A stretch of DNA of 20,078 nucleotides from the UHGV virus genome UHGV-1836283, one strand, 5' to 3'. Position numbers and translations under genes: made by a program. This document shows positions 18,666-20,078 of this stretch, one piece after another (positions within the stretch are counted from its first letter, which is position 1; each line of letters begins with the position of its first letter). Source of the DNA: a virus. A model generated the notes under the pieces. That model did no database searches. It was not told the origin of the DNA and worked only from the letters and a program-made list of their open reading frames with translations.

Positions 18666-18735
18666 GGGATATCAGTTAAGTTATCCCGTGTAGGGTATAA
18701 ACCATTATCAAAGCCACTCTGTAGGGAGTGGCTTT
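18666..18735. promoter_or_regulatory. Two terminator-like hairpins in the non-coding stretch between IS2 and the HNH gene
   Basis: Hairpin A: GGGATA(18666-18671)/TATCCC(18682-18687), followed by UUUUAA on the minus strand. Hairpin B: AAGCCACTC(18711-18719)/GAGTGGCTT(18726-18734), followed by TTTGT on the plus strand. Confidence 0.35.
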
Positions 18736-18758
18736 TGTAATGACAATAAAAAGCCCCG

Positions 18759-18799
18759 TAGACTGGCCCCCTGAATCTCCAGACAACCAGTATCACTTA
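18759..18799 (+). repeat. IS2 left terminal inverted repeat region (IRL)
   Basis: Matches the IS2 left terminus as I recall it; exact IR length not verified. Confidence 0.7.
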
Positions 18800-18849
18800 A
18801 ATAAGTGATAGTCTTAATACTAGTTTTTAGACTAGTCATTGGAGAACAG

Positions 18850-19215
18850 ATGATTGATGTCTTAGGGCCGGAGAAACGCAGACGGCGTACCACACAGGAA
18901 AAGATCGCAATTGTTCAGCAGAGCTTTGAACCGGGGATGACGGTCTCCCTCGTTGCCCGGCAACATGGTGTAGCAGCCAGCCAGTTATTTCTCTGGCGTA
19001 AGCAATACCAGGAAGGAAGTCTTACTGCTGTCGCCGCCGGAGAACAGGTTGTTCCTGCCTCTGAACTTGCTGCCGCCATGAAGCAGATTAAAGAACTCCA
19101 GCGCCTGCTCGGCAAGAAAACGATGGAAAATGAACTCCTCAAAGAAGCCGTTGAATATGGACGGGCAAAAAAGTGGATAGCGCACGCGCCCTTATTGCCC
19201 GGGGATGGGGAGTAA
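18850..19215 (+). CDS. insC: IS2 transposase OrfA (InsC)
   Basis: 121 aa [40 protein letters not shown]… with GGAGA RBS; the ORF-track start at 18805 is an upstream over-extension. Confidence 0.95.
19167..19173 (+). other. IS2 A6G slippery motif for -1 frameshifting (InsCD fusion)
   Basis: AAAAAAG at 19167-19173 in the InsC/InsD overlap. Confidence 0.8.
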
Positions 19216-20078
19216 GCTTAGTCAGCCGTTGTCTCCGGGTGTCGCGTGCGCAGTTGCACGTCATTCTCAGACGAACCGATGACTGGATGGATGGCCGCCG
19301 CAGTCGTCACACTGATGATACGGATGTGCTTCTCCGTATACACCATGTTATCGGAGAGCTGCCCACGTATGGTTATCGTCGGGTATGGGCGCTGCTTCGC
19401 AGACAGGCAGAACTTGATGGTATGCCTGCGATCAATGCCAAACGTGTTTACCGGATCATGCGCCAGAATGCGCTGTTGCTTGAGCGAAAACCTGCTGTAC
19501 CGCCATCGAAACGGGCACATACAGGCAGAGTGGCCGTGAAAGAAAGCAATCAGCGATGGTGCTCTGACGGGTTCGAGTTCTGCTGTGATAACGGAGAGAG
19601 ACTGCGTGTCACGTTCGCGCTGGACTGCTGTGATCGTGAGGCACTGCACTGGGCGGTCACTACCGGCGGCTTCAACAGTGAAACAGTACAGGACGTCATG
19701 CTGGGAGCGGTGGAACGCCGCTTCGGCAACGATCTTCCGTCGTCTCCAGTGGAGTGGCTGACGGATAATGGTTCATGCTACCGGGCTAATGAAACACGCC
19801 AGTTCGCCCGGATGTTGGGACTTGAACCGAAGAACACGGCGGTGCGGAGTCCGGAGAGTAACGGAATAGCAGAGAGCTTCGTGAAAACGATAAAGCGTGA
19901 CTACATCAGTATCATGCCCAAACCAGACGGGTTAACGGCAGCAAAGAACCTTGCAGAGGCGTTCGAGCATTATAACGAATGGCATCCGCATAGTGCGCTG
20001 GGTTATCGCTCGCCACGGGAATATCTGCGGCAGCGGGCTTGTAATGGGTTAAGTGATAACAGATGTCTGGAAATATAG
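19173..20078 (+). CDS. insD: IS2 transposase OrfB (InsD), normally made as InsCD fusion by -1 frameshift
   Basis: 301 codons with DDE-type integrase core (…WLTDNGSCY…[11 protein letters not shown]…); stop TAG at 20076-20078. Confidence 0.95.

Larger units (their letters stand above)
18759..20078 (+). mobile_element. IS2 (IS3 family), complete except ~11 bp of the right end cut by the window edge
   Basis: Left end TAGACTGGCCCCCTGAATCTCCAGACAACC…; encodes InsC and InsD; the 1320 bp present end at the InsD stop, which in IS2 lies ~11 bp inside the right terminus. Confidence 0.95.

Noticed and set aside
18621-18740. 39-codon plus-strand ORF in the HNH upstream region
   Set aside because: It has no Shine-Dalgarno and its 3' end is the terminator-like hairpin B. 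More likely non-coding.
18805-18849. ORF-track N-terminal extension of InsC ([15 protein letters not shown]…)
   Set aside because: The authentic IS2 OrfA begins at MIDVLGPEK (ATG 18850) with a GGAGA RBS; the extension would start inside the IS2 left end.
1-20078. CRISPR array or tRNA genes
   Set aside because: I saw no regularly spaced direct repeats with unique spacers and no tRNA-like cloverleaf signature; intergenic space is minimal apart from the short regions described.

Overview
The window is almost entirely the late (morphogenetic) region of an enterobacterial prophage, with every phage gene on the minus strand, plus one IS2 copy at the right edge. I found no defence-system or obvious cargo locus; the items worth a second look are small ORFs, regulatory hairpins, the IS2 insertion and the unresolved left edge. 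No searches were run: all family assignments rest on my recognition of the translated ORFs, and all coordinates were hand-checked against the sequence.

Gene order, read in the direction of transcription (right to left):
- HNH endonuclease, then a GC-rich dyad that may be the cos site
- terminase small subunit (P27 family) and large subunit
- HK97-type head genes: portal, prohead protease, major capsid, head-tail connector, head closure, gp10-like
- Mu-type contractile tail genes: gp37-like, sheath, tube, assembly chaperone with frameshift extension, tape measure, DNA-circulation protein, gp44-47 baseplate, gp48-like
- short collar-domain tail fibre and its assembly protein (Tfa)

This head/tail combination is the architecture known from SfV/e14-type myoviruses. 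Genes are packed tightly, with several start/stop overlaps. The IS2 copy (18759 to the window end, lacking its last ~11 bp) sits 177 bp upstream of the HNH gene. Positions 1-190 lie past a bidirectional terminator and contain an unassigned ORF running off the window edge. The long plus-strand ORFs in the track between 191 and 18581 are antisense artefacts.
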